Source: a virus (lineage: Duplodnaviria > Caudoviricetes). Taken from it: DNA of 49,695 bases. The stretch is taken from IMG/VR virus record IMGVR_UViG_3300037286_000037, positions 1 through 49,695 of that record; one strand, given 5' to 3'. The notes beneath the pieces were generated by a model. It saw nothing but the letters and a program-made list of their open reading frames with translations, was not told the DNA's origin and made no database searches. The translations under genes and the position numbers were made by a program. Numbering within the stretch: position 1 is the first letter of the stretch; each line of letters opens with the position of its first letter. Shown here one piece after another: positions 9,307 to 19,040 of the stretch.

Positions 9307-9350
9307 GGGGTGGGGAAAATATAAAAGTATTTTTCCTACCCCTGAATTTT
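9307..9350 (+). terminator. 15 bp hairpin, terminator or attenuator between SSB and primase
   Basis: GGGGTGGGGAAAATA (9307-9321) pairs with TATTTTTCCTACCCC (9328-9342), two G-U pairs; weak T tail. Confidence 0.65.
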
Positions 9351-11726
9351 ATGGGGATGGTGGTGATGGAAAATTCAATTAGAGATTTCTTTTCTGCAAT
9401 TTATAGACTAGCTCCACCGGAAAGTTTAATTGCTTGGGGTGATTTAACCAATCCATTGTACATCCCTGTGAACCAGTTCAGTGAAGTGGTTGACAGTATA
9501 CCCCAAGATAAAGATATGTACTACACCCCGGCGGTGTTGAAAGCTGCTCAAAGAACTAAAGCAAATGTAGCGGGGGCAGGGGTGTTGTGGGCGGATGTAG
9601 ATAATCACAAAGGGCATAACACCCAACCCTTGTTACCCCCCACGTTTATAATAAATTCAGGTAAGGGTAATCATTACTTATATTTATTAGATGAATTTTA
9701 CCCCACTGAACAGATAGAGGCAGGGAATAAAACATTGGCAAACCACTTGCGATTAAGCGGGCAGGGGTGTTGGAACGCCAATAGATTACTTCGTGTACCG
9801 GGTTCAATTAATAATAAATACCTTAACCCGGATAAGTACCCGGAATATACTGAGCCTTTGCCTTGTACTATCGTAGACGCTAACCTAGCTTACATCTATA
9901 AGTTAGAACATATCTTAAAATTAAAACAATATCGCCCGGACTTATTAGTTATTCAAGAGAAGGAAAGTAGAAGTGAACGTGACCAACGATTAGCAGTACT
10001 ATTGACTGGTTGGGGATTACCCGACAGTTATGTTCGTTCATCTTTGTTACTGCACAGTACGAAGGCACAAGAAGAACCGGGGCATTATCTGGACTTCACT
10101 TTGGAAAAGTCTACTCAATGGGTAGAAAAGAAAAAGAAGAAAGAAGTTGATGACAAACCTCTGGCTAACGTAGAGTTTACTCCGCAAGCGTGGTTGGTTG
10201 GCCCCAATGGGCAAGAGATTGGGCTAGCAGTAAAGCTAACGTGGGGAGCGTATAGTGTAATAGCGGGGGCTAATGCAGGGGATTTTTCCAGTAGAAGCGC
10301 AATCATCCGGTGGTTAACAGAACACACCGGAACCAGAACGTTTTACGGTTCCGATGCTAAGGCTCTTGCTTTATGGGGAGCTATGACTGAGACTTGCCCC
10401 GCAGAGCAGCGCCAATTAAAGGTGGCTCATGCCGGGCGGTACGATTTACCTAACGGGGTTGTGTATATTTATGACAGTAGTTCAGCCTTATCCAATAAGG
10501 GACAAGCCACTGTATTCTGGCAACCGGATATTAAGGTCAACCAAAGTTTATACTTGGGGGACAGTGAGGAACTTCCAGACCTGCAAGAGTATGCAGAAGT
10601 ATTGGAATTGACTTTGAAAACACAGCCGCCGGAAACTATTCTGCCCACATTAGGGTGGACTGTAAGCAGTGTGTTCAAGCCGTTGTTTGAAACTATTGGA
10701 GCCAGCTTCCCTATTATGATGCTTTATGGTACACGTGGCTCAGGTAAAACTACGTTAATACAAGATGTGTTATTACCCACTATCGGTGCGTTTGTGCGCC
10801 CGGTAAGTAGTGATGTGACTACTTTTGCATTAGGTGGTCATTTGGGTTTAACAAATGCCTGGCCGGTGTGGGTGGGGGAGTACAGGGCCAGCAATAATAA
10901 TAGCACGGAATTTCAACAGCTACTTCGTTCTGCTTATGACAGTGGCATGATGGAGCGAGGTAGACCTAATCAAAGTGTGGCATCATATAGTCTGGTTGCT
11001 CCGGTAGTTGTGGATGGTGAGACACCATTTAGTGAACCGGCAAATCTTGATAGAAGTATTAGTGTGCGTTTGTTAGAGGAGAGTATACACCCCGGCACTG
11101 TACATGAGGATGCGTACCAACGGTTGCGTACCTGGAATAAAGTGCAGCGTGGCCCTATGGCCCGGCACTTATTGTCCTGGTCATTGGGCATTACACAAGA
11201 ACGCATCAAGGCGTACATGGATACATCGTATGCTGTATTGGATGGTAACTCCTTAACTGCCCGGTCATTGAATAACCTAAGCGTAGTGTGGACGGGACTA
11301 CTACTGTTACAAGATTACATTGCTGAAAATTCTTTGGCAGTTAATTTGGAATTTAATAAAGACTATCTAATTAAAATTGCAGGTAACACCCACATTCCCG
11401 GACTAGGTACTCGTACTCAAATAGATACGGTTGTAGAACAAATTTCACATTTCTGGCTGTTACCAGATTTAGAAGCTGAATGGGAACAGGATACAGGAAT
11501 GTTGTGGTTCAATATGACCAAAACTATGTACGCTTTACGTATCAGGGTTGACCAATCTATGCTTAGGATGCAATTGCAGGAACGTGTGGGGCATTACATC
11601 ACAGGCCCCGCCCGGCGCAAAGGTGGAGCAGAGTATTGGGGAATTGATTTAAGCAAGGCGCAGAAATTTGGGTTAGATGTATACAAGCCTGAGAAGTTAA
11701 GGGCATCGGGGGTTACGTTTTTATGA
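9351..11726 (+). CDS. Primase (AEP/RepB-like) fused to P-loop helicase
   Basis: LWADVD, SGKGNHYLY, RLLRVPGSIN; GTRGSGKT in C-terminal half. Confidence 0.85.
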   Translation: MGMVVMENSIRDFFSAIYRLAPPESLIAWGDLTNPLYIPVNQFSEVVDSIPQDKDMYYTPAVLKAAQRTKANVAGAGVLWADVDNHKGHNTQPLLPPTFIINSGKGNHYLYLLDEFYPTEQIEAGNKTLANHLRLSGQGCWNANRLLRVPGSINNKYLNPDKYPEYTEPLPCTIVDANLAYIYKLEHILKLKQYRPDLLVIQEKESRSERDQRLAVLLTGWGLPDSYVRSSLLLHSTKAQEEPGHYLDFTLEKSTQWVEKKKKKEVDDKPLANVEFTPQAWLVGPNGQEIGLAVKLTWGAYSVIAGANAGDFSSRSAIIRWLTEHTGTRTFYGSDAKALALWGAMTETCPAEQRQLKVAHAGRYDLPNGVVYIYDSSSALSNKGQATVFWQPDIKVNQSLYLGDSEELPDLQEYAEVLELTLKTQPPETILPTLGWTVSSVFKPLFETIGASFPIMMLYGTRGSGKTTLIQDVLLPTIGAFVRPVSSDVTTFALGGHLGLTNAWPVWVGEYRASNNNSTEFQQLLRSAYDSGMMERGRPNQSVASYSLVAPVVVDGETPFSEPANLDRSISVRLLEESIHPGTVHEDAYQRLRTWNKVQRGPMARHLLSWSLGITQERIKAYMDTSYAVLDGNSLTARSLNNLSVVWTGLLLLQDYIAENSLAVNLEFNKDYLIKIAGNTHIPGLGTRTQIDTVVEQISHFWLLPDLEAEWEQDTGMLWFNMTKTMYALRIRVDQSMLRMQLQERVGHYITGPARRKGGAEYWGIDLSKAQKFGLDVYKPEKLRASGVTFL

Positions 11727-14077
11727 AAGCTAAAAATGCTGATTGCGCAAATTGCCCATTTCAATCCTGCAAAGTTGTACCCTCTGCCGGAAACGCTATT
11801 AGGTTAATAGTAATAGGAGATTGCCCGGAACAGTCTGATGTAATATACCGTAAACCTTTTACCGGCGCAAGTGGAAGTTACTTGAAACAGTTGTTGCAAA
11901 AATTTGGGGTGTCACCGGATGAAGTGTTTTATACCAATGCTGTATTGTGCTTACCTAAAGGTAAACGGGATAAAGATAAATTAGCTGCGGCAGCACATGC
12001 CTGTTATGGTAGGCTGACATATGCGCTTAACAGCACTAAAGATGTTCCGGTGCTTGTCCTTGGTGACATCCCCAAGCAGGTGCTTGGAATATCTTTGCAA
12101 GACCAGTGGGTACAACTACACACCGGGCATTGGGCAATTGCTACAGTTCATCCTTCTGATGTATTGTTTAACCCAACTACAGCTATTCATTTAGTTAAAG
12201 CTATAAACAAGGTATTACATATTACACCGTATTTAGGTGAAATTTCTGCGCTACAGGTGGTAACACACCCACAAGAATTACCTACAATAAGGCGGATGTC
12301 TAAATTATGTGTGGATATTGAAACTACTACCACAGATGTGAATAACCCTGATGGACGAATAGTGTTATTTGGGTACAGTTACTTGGGTGAGTTTGATGAA
12401 GTTGTGTCAGTTGTTTTAACTGCCGATGTAGTTTATTCCCAAGAGGGTAAGAAGTTTATCTGCCAATTATTGCAGGACAATGCGGGTGTAGTGGGGGGAC
12501 ACAACTTCAAGTACGACTTACGGTTCTTACACCGGGAAATTGGCAGCGATATTGTCCCCCACTGGGACACTATGTTGGCAGTTAAAACTATTAATGAGTA
12601 TTGGTACAAAGATTTGAAAAGCCTGAGTACATATTACTTTGATGCGGATGATTACGCTGATAGGTTAGTACACTCGTGGTTGGAACTTAATGTAACTAAG
12701 AAGTCTGACAGGTCGTTTGATAAAATTCCCCAAGCACAATTGGTTGAATACTTGACGTGTGACTTATATTATAACCTGCTACTTTCATACAAATTAGATG
12801 ACGAATTGCATCAATGTGGAAAATATCACTCACCTTATTACGAATATGAACTACCATTAAGTTATACACTTGCATGTGTAGAGGAGGCCGGATTTACTGT
12901 AGACTTAAAACAAGTAAACGAGGAACAGGCTGCATTTAACGAGGACATCCTGGAACTTTTCAATAGAATTTCAATAGAGACTGGGGGAAGTATTAAAAAC
13001 CCCGCTTCACCTAAACAAGTAGCGGAGTACTTATATGGGACACTAGCTTTACCCTTCCCTACAGACACCGGCAATAAGCCCGGCTCAACCGCAGATGCGG
13101 TGTTGGAAAAATTGTCCCCCTTGGCACTTGTAGTATCACAGGTGCGTAATTTTCGGCGGGTGTCTAAATTAAAAACCAGTTACTTAGATAATCTGGTGGG
13201 GTTTGTAGATACAAATTCTAAAGTACATCCTATATACAAGCAGGCGCACGTAGTAACAGGTAGGTTGTCTGCGGTATCACCGGCAATACAAACTATCCCC
13301 AAGAAGAATGAACGCAAGGATGGTGAAAATGATTACGGGAAACGGGTGAAGTTGTGTTACACAGCATCCCCCGGAAACTGTTTGGTAGCAGTGGATGGTT
13401 CACAATGGGAACTTAGGGTAGCAACAGCATGGTCGCAAGACCCCTATATGGTAGACATTTACCAACGAGGGGTAGACTTTCACGGGGAGATGTGTGATTT
13501 ATTATATGGCCCCGGCTGGACTTCGGCTATGCGTACTATTGAAAAGAACATTGTCTTTGGTTTATTGTACGGGGGTAAACTGGAAAGCCTGGTTAGTGTA
13601 GCCCACATTCCTGATGAAGTTAAACTCCGGGTATTGAATGTGTTTAACACAAAGCTGTTGCGTATCTTAGCTTGGCGAGATGAGTTGTTTAATCAGGCGA
13701 AAACTTTGGGGGTGATTACTAGCCCATATTTCAATCGGGATTTTCATTTTGATTTAGTAACACAAGCAAATCAAAGGGATATTCAAAAAGAGTGTGTCAA
13801 CTATCCGGTACAGGGGACAGCCGCAGACATTACAAATCTGGCAATGGTGAGGGCATTGCCAAAACTTCGGAGTATCGGAGCCAGCATTGTAGCTACAGTA
13901 CACGACAGTATCTTAGTGGATACCCCCATACACCGGGCAATAGAAGCAGCTAACATCTTGGCAAGAGAATTAGCATTAGCTGGCGCTCAAGTATTTCCCA
14001 TAATCCCTTGGCAAGCGGAAGCAGAGATGGGGTTCAGATGGGGAGAATTAAAACCTATGGAGCTAACACATGAGTAA
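11723..14077 (+). CDS. polA: Family A DNA polymerase with N-terminal family-4 uracil-DNA glycosylase-like domain and 3'-5' exonuclease
   Basis: UDG: CANC, GDCP, PFTGASG, TNAVLC, HPS. Exonuclease: DIETT, HNFKYD, YLTCD. Polymerase: TGRLS, DGSQWELR, KNIVFGLLYG, NYPVQGTAAD, VHDS. Confidence 0.95.
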   Translation: MKAKNADCANCPFQSCKVVPSAGNAIRLIVIGDCPEQSDVIYRKPFTGASGSYLKQLLQKFGVSPDEVFYTNAVLCLPKGKRDKDKLAAAAHACYGRLTYALNSTKDVPVLVLGDIPKQVLGISLQDQWVQLHTGHWAIATVHPSDVLFNPTTAIHLVKAINKVLHITPYLGEISALQVVTHPQELPTIRRMSKLCVDIETTTTDVNNPDGRIVLFGYSYLGEFDEVVSVVLTADVVYSQEGKKFICQLLQDNAGVVGGHNFKYDLRFLHREIGSDIVPHWDTMLAVKTINEYWYKDLKSLSTYYFDADDYADRLVHSWLELNVTKKSDRSFDKIPQAQLVEYLTCDLYYNLLLSYKLDDELHQCGKYHSPYYEYELPLSYTLACVEEAGFTVDLKQVNEEQAAFNEDILELFNRISIETGGSIKNPASPKQVAEYLYGTLALPFPTDTGNKPGSTADAVLEKLSPLALVVSQVRNFRRVSKLKTSYLDNLVGFVDTNSKVHPIYKQAHVVTGRLSAVSPAIQTIPKKNERKDGENDYGKRVKLCYTASPGNCLVAVDGSQWELRVATAWSQDPYMVDIYQRGVDFHGEMCDLLYGPGWTSAMRTIEKNIVFGLLYGGKLESLVSVAHIPDEVKLRVLNVFNTKLLRILAWRDELFNQAKTLGVITSPYFNRDFHFDLVTQANQRDIQKECVNYPVQGTAADITNLAMVRALPKLRSIGASIVATVHDSILVDTPIHRAIEAANILARELALAGAQVFPIIPWQAEAEMGFRWGELKPMELTHE

Positions 14078-15026
14078 CACCGGAAATTTGTACATCAGTC
14101 AAACAGAAGATGGGTTTGTATTTACTGTACCAGACTTTTTACGTCAATCGAATAATCAAAGAACTTATACCAGACGTACCTTAGCAGAAGCAATTGCCTT
14201 GAGGGATGTTATGATAAACAACAGTTATCAAGTGACACCTGTACCAGTTAAGTTACCTGACCATTATTACACCGGGGTGCAAAGTTATACCTTTGGAGCT
14301 TTAGGAGACACCCACCTGTGCAACATTCAGGACAGACCAGAGGCAATTGCTGCGGTCTATAAATATTATCAAGACCTTGGCATCACTACCGTATACCACA
14401 CTGGTAATTATTTAGATGGTCAGAAATACCCCGATGACATCAAAGTGTGGGGGATGCAAAATCAAATTGACTACTTCCTGAAATACTGGCCGGAAGTTCC
14501 TGGTATGGTAACTAACTTCATTGCAGGAGATGACCACGAAGGGTGGTATAATCAGTTAGATGGTGCGGATATTGGTAAGGTTACAGAAGGAGCCGCACAG
14601 TTATTGGGTCGCACAGACTTACGTTACCTTGGGTATATGGAAGCTGACGATTTTATCCGGGTAGGGGATAAGACTGTGACTGTGCGTTTAGTGCATCCGG
14701 GGGGTGGGGCAGCTAAACAAGTTAGCCTCAAGTCACAACAGATTATAGATGCTTATGAGCCGGGTGAGTACCCGGATATTTTATTAGTGGGGCATTTTCA
14801 CAAGGCTCACTTCTTACCAAACTATCGTGGGGTTTACATAATTCAAACGGGGACGCTGGTTGACCAGACAACCTTCATGCGTAAGCGACAAATTCGGGCG
14901 ATGTTGGGAGCATGGGTAGTGACTATTAAAGTAGCGGAAACAGGGTTGTGGTGGGTACAAGCAGAGTGTGTACCTGTGCCTACTCGCAAATGGGTACACC
15001 GAAAGGGGTTTAAGGGTGAACAATAA
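14070..15026 (+). CDS. Calcineurin-like metallophosphoesterase
   Basis: GDTH, GNYLDG, GDDHE, HP, GHFH motifs. Confidence 0.85.
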   Translation: MSNTGNLYISQTEDGFVFTVPDFLRQSNNQRTYTRRTLAEAIALRDVMINNSYQVTPVPVKLPDHYYTGVQSYTFGALGDTHLCNIQDRPEAIAAVYKYYQDLGITTVYHTGNYLDGQKYPDDIKVWGMQNQIDYFLKYWPEVPGMVTNFIAGDDHEGWYNQLDGADIGKVTEGAAQLLGRTDLRYLGYMEADDFIRVGDKTVTVRLVHPGGGAAKQVSLKSQQIIDAYEPGEYPDILLVGHFHKAHFLPNYRGVYIIQTGTLVDQTTFMRKRQIRAMLGAWVVTIKVAETGLWWVQAECVPVPTRKWVHRKGFKGEQ

Positions 15027-15399
15027 ACTGTTACTTGGAGTGTGCATAGGATTTAGTTGTGTGATAGGAATATTAGTTGCTTGGGGGTGGTTACTGGCTG
15101 AATATGAACAACAATTAAATATTTCAATTGCACAGACAGTGGAATGTAGGGAAGCCTTGCAACAAAGTAATGCTGATTTAACTGAGGCACAAACACAATA
15201 CTTGCGTTTGTATAGTAGTGCTTCTGTAGAAAAGCGGGAGATGTTTTACCGGGGAGCTTTTGCCTTGTGTATGCTTATTGGTAAACAGTTGGAGGGGTAC
15301 ACGAAAGAACAAGTTGTTCAGAATTGTTTGGGGGTTTCCAAAGATATGATGAACAGTAAGGTTTACGAGGAGTTGTTAAATGGCAATCAGGTACAGTGA
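15016..15399 (+). CDS. Membrane-anchored coiled-coil protein
   Basis: GTG start inferred; N-terminal TM followed by coiled coil. Confidence 0.6.
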   Translation: MNNKLLLGVCIGFSCVIGILVAWGWLLAEYEQQLNISIAQTVECREALQQSNADLTEAQTQYLRLYSSASVEKREMFYRGAFALCMLIGKQLEGYTKEQVVQNCLGVSKDMMNSKVYEELLNGNQVQ

Positions 15400-16114
15400 C
15401 AGAGATAACATAAAAATTGCTGCCTTTGATTTTGAGATTATAAACCCACGATTGCCTGCGGAACTTCCGCTTGGTAGTGATTTGTGGGATTATGCTCCGC
15501 ACTATATCTCAACTGCGGGGTTGTGGGTACGACAAGAGGAAGATATAAAGAATTGGGCTGTGTACGATACTGTCGGGCAATGGGTTAGTCCATATATGGG
15601 GGAATTATCTACCCATAAATTTCTTGATATTTTAGTAGAATTAAAAGATGGTGGACACAGCATCACTACGTGGAATGGGGCAGGGTTTGATTTCCGGTTA
15701 TTAGCAGAGTTGCTACCGGAACGTAAACAAGAGATTATAACATTATGTAAACAATCATATGACATAATGTTTCAAATGTTTTGTATGCGGGGATTTATGG
15801 TGGGGCTAGGGGCTGTATGTGCCGGGATGGGTTTGGGTAAAAAGAAAATGCACGGCGGTTCGGCTTTGGTGTGGCCTACTAATGCCGTGCAAATTATTGA
15901 GTATGTGAAAGATGATGCAGCGAAAACAGGGAATGTTTTATACTGGGTGCTAGACCGCCGGGGGGTACAGTGGGTAACTAAGAAGGGTACATATTCTTTC
16001 CAACCCCTGCCCAAGTTATTGACTGTAGAAGAATGTTTGAGTTTGCCTTTACCAGATACAAGCTGGATGGATAATCCTAGAACACGTGAAGGGGTGATAG
16101 CATGGTGGAAATAG
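15380..16114 (+). CDS. DnaQ-like/RNase_H_2 3'-5' exonuclease
   Basis: AFDFE, TWNGAGFD, YDI, YVKDD motifs. Confidence 0.8.
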   Translation: MAIRYSDRDNIKIAAFDFEIINPRLPAELPLGSDLWDYAPHYISTAGLWVRQEEDIKNWAVYDTVGQWVSPYMGELSTHKFLDILVELKDGGHSITTWNGAGFDFRLLAELLPERKQEIITLCKQSYDIMFQMFCMRGFMVGLGAVCAGMGLGKKKMHGGSALVWPTNAVQIIEYVKDDAAKTGNVLYWVLDRRGVQWVTKKGTYSFQPLPKLLTVEECLSLPLPDTSWMDNPRTREGVIAWWK

Positions 16115-16473
16115 TTGAACTTGTTATTGATGGGCGCTCCGGGGATAAAGAATTGGAACGGCGTATAGCTGTGGCATTCACTCAATACTTGGACTTGTGG
16201 AAGATGAAGCATCGTAAATACGGAAGCAACAACATTGCTTCAATGGGTAAACCCGGATTGGTAATCCGATTAAATGATAAGGTTCAACGATTAAAGAACC
16301 TTGTATTCAATGGTGAACCTGATAATGCACCCAATGAAAATGAATTGGATACGTGGATGGATATTATGGGTTATGCTGTTATTGGATTACTGGTGGCACG
16401 AGGCCAATGGCCTAAAGCACACAATAAATTTTTAACTTTTATGCAGCGGCTTAAAATATTATTCCAACGTTGA
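16102..16473 (+). CDS. DUF1599 (nucleotide-modification-associated domain) protein
   Basis: KHRKYG..., IRLNDKVQRLKNL, ELDTWMDIMGYAVIGL. Confidence 0.75.
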   Translation: MVEIVELVIDGRSGDKELERRIAVAFTQYLDLWKMKHRKYGSNNIASMGKPGLVIRLNDKVQRLKNLVFNGEPDNAPNENELDTWMDIMGYAVIGLLVARGQWPKAHNKFLTFMQRLKILFQR

Positions 16474-16514
16474 AATAAATTTTTGCACTGCTTGTAGAGG
16501 ATGTTTAATCAGCA

Positions 16515-19031
16515 TTATTTATACCAATCCACATAATAGGTTTGCCAACTCGCTCCCCCTGTAGGATGACGAAAAGTAATACCTTGTCGGACTATTGTCC
16601 ACGCCTGACCCGTTAATCCTCCGGCAGTAAGTGTATACAACGCCGGACTATCTATTCCCCACTCGGCGTATATATTCCAATTAGAATAAAATGCGCCGTA
16701 AGGAAAGCTGCGAAAAAACGACCATATCGGATATTCCAAATTTTTATGTGAGGTGATAGTCACTGCTCCGCCACCCAGGCGGGTAAATGTTACTACATCA
16801 TATTGGTTGGTTGCCCGGTAGCGAATACCAATTTCGTAATAATTATTATCTGTGCCGTCATCCACTCGACATCCAACAAAAGCACAATCTGCTGTTGTGC
16901 TGGGAGTGTTGGTTGCCAAAATTGCTTGTAGAATATGAACACTGGTAAGTTGGTTGGTTGTATACAAAAAAGCCCGATTTGGGGCAGCTGCAAACGAAAC
17001 ACGTAATTGTGATTGCGACAGGGCCACGGTGGGGGTGACAAAAGGCGCACCGGCCCATCCCGTCCAATACCCTCCAATGGCCGCCCCGTCAAAATCGTCA
17101 TTCGCCGGGGCAACAACTGCATTGCGATAAATTGTTCTGTATGCCAGCCCCGCCGCTGTAGCCGCCGGAAAAATATCTTTGCTTGTACCCAAATAAACAT
17201 TACCTAATTGCTCAGCCAGTGTGGTTGTGCCGAGATCAGGAAAATTACTGCTTTTCCCCTTGACAACATTCGTACTCTGAATGATTAAATTTCCGGCGGC
17301 ATCAGTAACCAGGGCATCGGCCCCGTCATCACTTTCCCGGAGTTTAGATACCTTAGTGTTATCAAGGGTAGTAGTAAAAGTTTTAACCGCCTTCTCTGTT
17401 GGTACTGCGGTATCGCTGTTATCCCCTAGTGTACCGTCTGTTGAAAATTCATTTATTGCTACACCAACATTTAACTGTAAATACCCAGCCGTTGGAATAT
17501 TAGCTAAAGTGGTAGCAATTCTCATGCCACAATTCATTTGTATGCCTAAATTCACTTGATAATTTAATCCAAACGAAGTTTGAGTTGCTCCTTCTTTTAT
17601 ACTCAAATAAATAGAATGTCCTGTAGAATTTGTTGCCGCTACTGTTTCAACACTTACTCTAACATCTGCGCTGGTGGCAATTATTTTGGTGGTTGCATAC
17701 ATAATTGTTTGAGCTTCTAAAGGGGAGCTTAAGTTACCTATTGTATGTACTGCTGAAACTACCTTATTAAAAACTTCCCCTTCAAGTTGATTATATATGT
17801 AGCCAGTTACTTCGTCTGTAGAGTTTAACCACTTTAATTTATCTCTATCTAAGACACCTTGAGTAAGAGTGATACCATCTGCATCTAAAACTACTGCCCC
17901 ACCTCCGGTACTTAAAGTAGTTACACCAGTAACCGGGTTAAATTGAATATAACTCCCCCCCGCATAATCCCCCAGTGCAAACCCATACACATCTGAACTA
18001 AACCCGCCCCATCCATTTAAGTTACCTATTCTAACTCTTTCATCCAAAGATGACCACGGTGTAGCAGAATTAGTGAATACAGACAACCGGGGGCTGCCTG
18101 TGCCTATGGCAGTTAATTCCACCCCACCACCAGTTGATACCGGGCCGTAGTCCAGTACAGCCGTACCTTTTTTCCACGAGTTTGAACCACCACTTTTTAC
18201 GGTAGTGGTGTAAGTGTAGTATGTCGTGTTATCTGTAACTGCTGTAACTTCTAACCAATCAGCGCTACCGGCAAATTGTAATCGTAATATGTCCCCCACT
18301 GTAAACAATTGCACATGGCCTGATACCGGGTCACTTATGTCAATATCCACAGAGCCGGTCACAACCGGAGTAGTCACATCCGCTTCCAAATTACTAGCAC
18401 TTTTAACCACAATTGAACTACCGGCAATACCTTGCAGTTCATTGTACGTGAGGGTAGATGCAATGATTTGCCCCCGCACTAACACATCTTGTAATTCTGC
18501 CCGGCCCGCAAGGTCTAGTTTCCACCCCGATGCCCCGGCCACATAGTTAGTGGATTGTAGTGTGCCAGCCACAGCCAAGGTTGTGCCATCCCAGGTAAGT
18601 TTACTACCACTGGAATTACCAATTGAAAATCTTGGGGTTCCCCCGTTATATTCTAACCAAAACCCCGTGCCGGTGTCGTAAGCGGTTTGCCCAGATGACA
18701 AGCTGCCCCCTGCTCCGATTGTGATAGAACCTGAAAACACCCCGGCAGAAGCGTAGATAGTTCCTCGAACAATGGCCTCTTGTAATTCCATTGAACCGGA
18801 TTTTAATATTCTCCACCCTGACACTCCGGTCACAAAATTGGTGGACTGTAACACCTCTGCAATAGCGGCAGAGTTTATAATCACACCACTACCTGCCCCG
18901 GAAAATATAGCTGTCTCCAACTTGGCGATGCGGTCAGTAATGCGGTCATAAGTAACACCACCTAATACCGCATTAAATACCTGAGTAGCTTTATCTTCAA
19001 TTCTATTTAATTGCTCAGTAAATTCACTCAT
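16515..19031 (-). CDS. Tail fibre / receptor-binding protein
   Basis: 838 aa, G/S/T-rich; two LQSTN(F/Y)V.G.SGW repeats typical of tail tips; aromatic-rich C-terminal domain; last gene of the structural operon. Confidence 0.8.
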   Translation of the reverse strand: MSEFTEQLNRIEDKATQVFNAVLGGVTYDRITDRIAKLETAIFSGAGSGVIINSAAIAEVLQSTNFVTGVSGWRILKSGSMELQEAIVRGTIYASAGVFSGSITIGAGGSLSSGQTAYDTGTGFWLEYNGGTPRFSIGNSSGSKLTWDGTTLAVAGTLQSTNYVAGASGWKLDLAGRAELQDVLVRGQIIASTLTYNELQGIAGSSIVVKSASNLEADVTTPVVTGSVDIDISDPVSGHVQLFTVGDILRLQFAGSADWLEVTAVTDNTTYYTYTTTVKSGGSNSWKKGTAVLDYGPVSTGGGVELTAIGTGSPRLSVFTNSATPWSSLDERVRIGNLNGWGGFSSDVYGFALGDYAGGSYIQFNPVTGVTTLSTGGGAVVLDADGITLTQGVLDRDKLKWLNSTDEVTGYIYNQLEGEVFNKVVSAVHTIGNLSSPLEAQTIMYATTKIIATSADVRVSVETVAATNSTGHSIYLSIKEGATQTSFGLNYQVNLGIQMNCGMRIATTLANIPTAGYLQLNVGVAINEFSTDGTLGDNSDTAVPTEKAVKTFTTTLDNTKVSKLRESDDGADALVTDAAGNLIIQSTNVVKGKSSNFPDLGTTTLAEQLGNVYLGTSKDIFPAATAAGLAYRTIYRNAVVAPANDDFDGAAIGGYWTGWAGAPFVTPTVALSQSQLRVSFAAAPNRAFLYTTNQLTSVHILQAILATNTPSTTADCAFVGCRVDDGTDNNYYEIGIRYRATNQYDVVTFTRLGGGAVTITSHKNLEYPIWSFFRSFPYGAFYSNWNIYAEWGIDSPALYTLTAGGLTGQAWTIVRQGITFRHPTGGASWQTYYVDWYK

Positions 19032-19040
19032 TAGAATACC

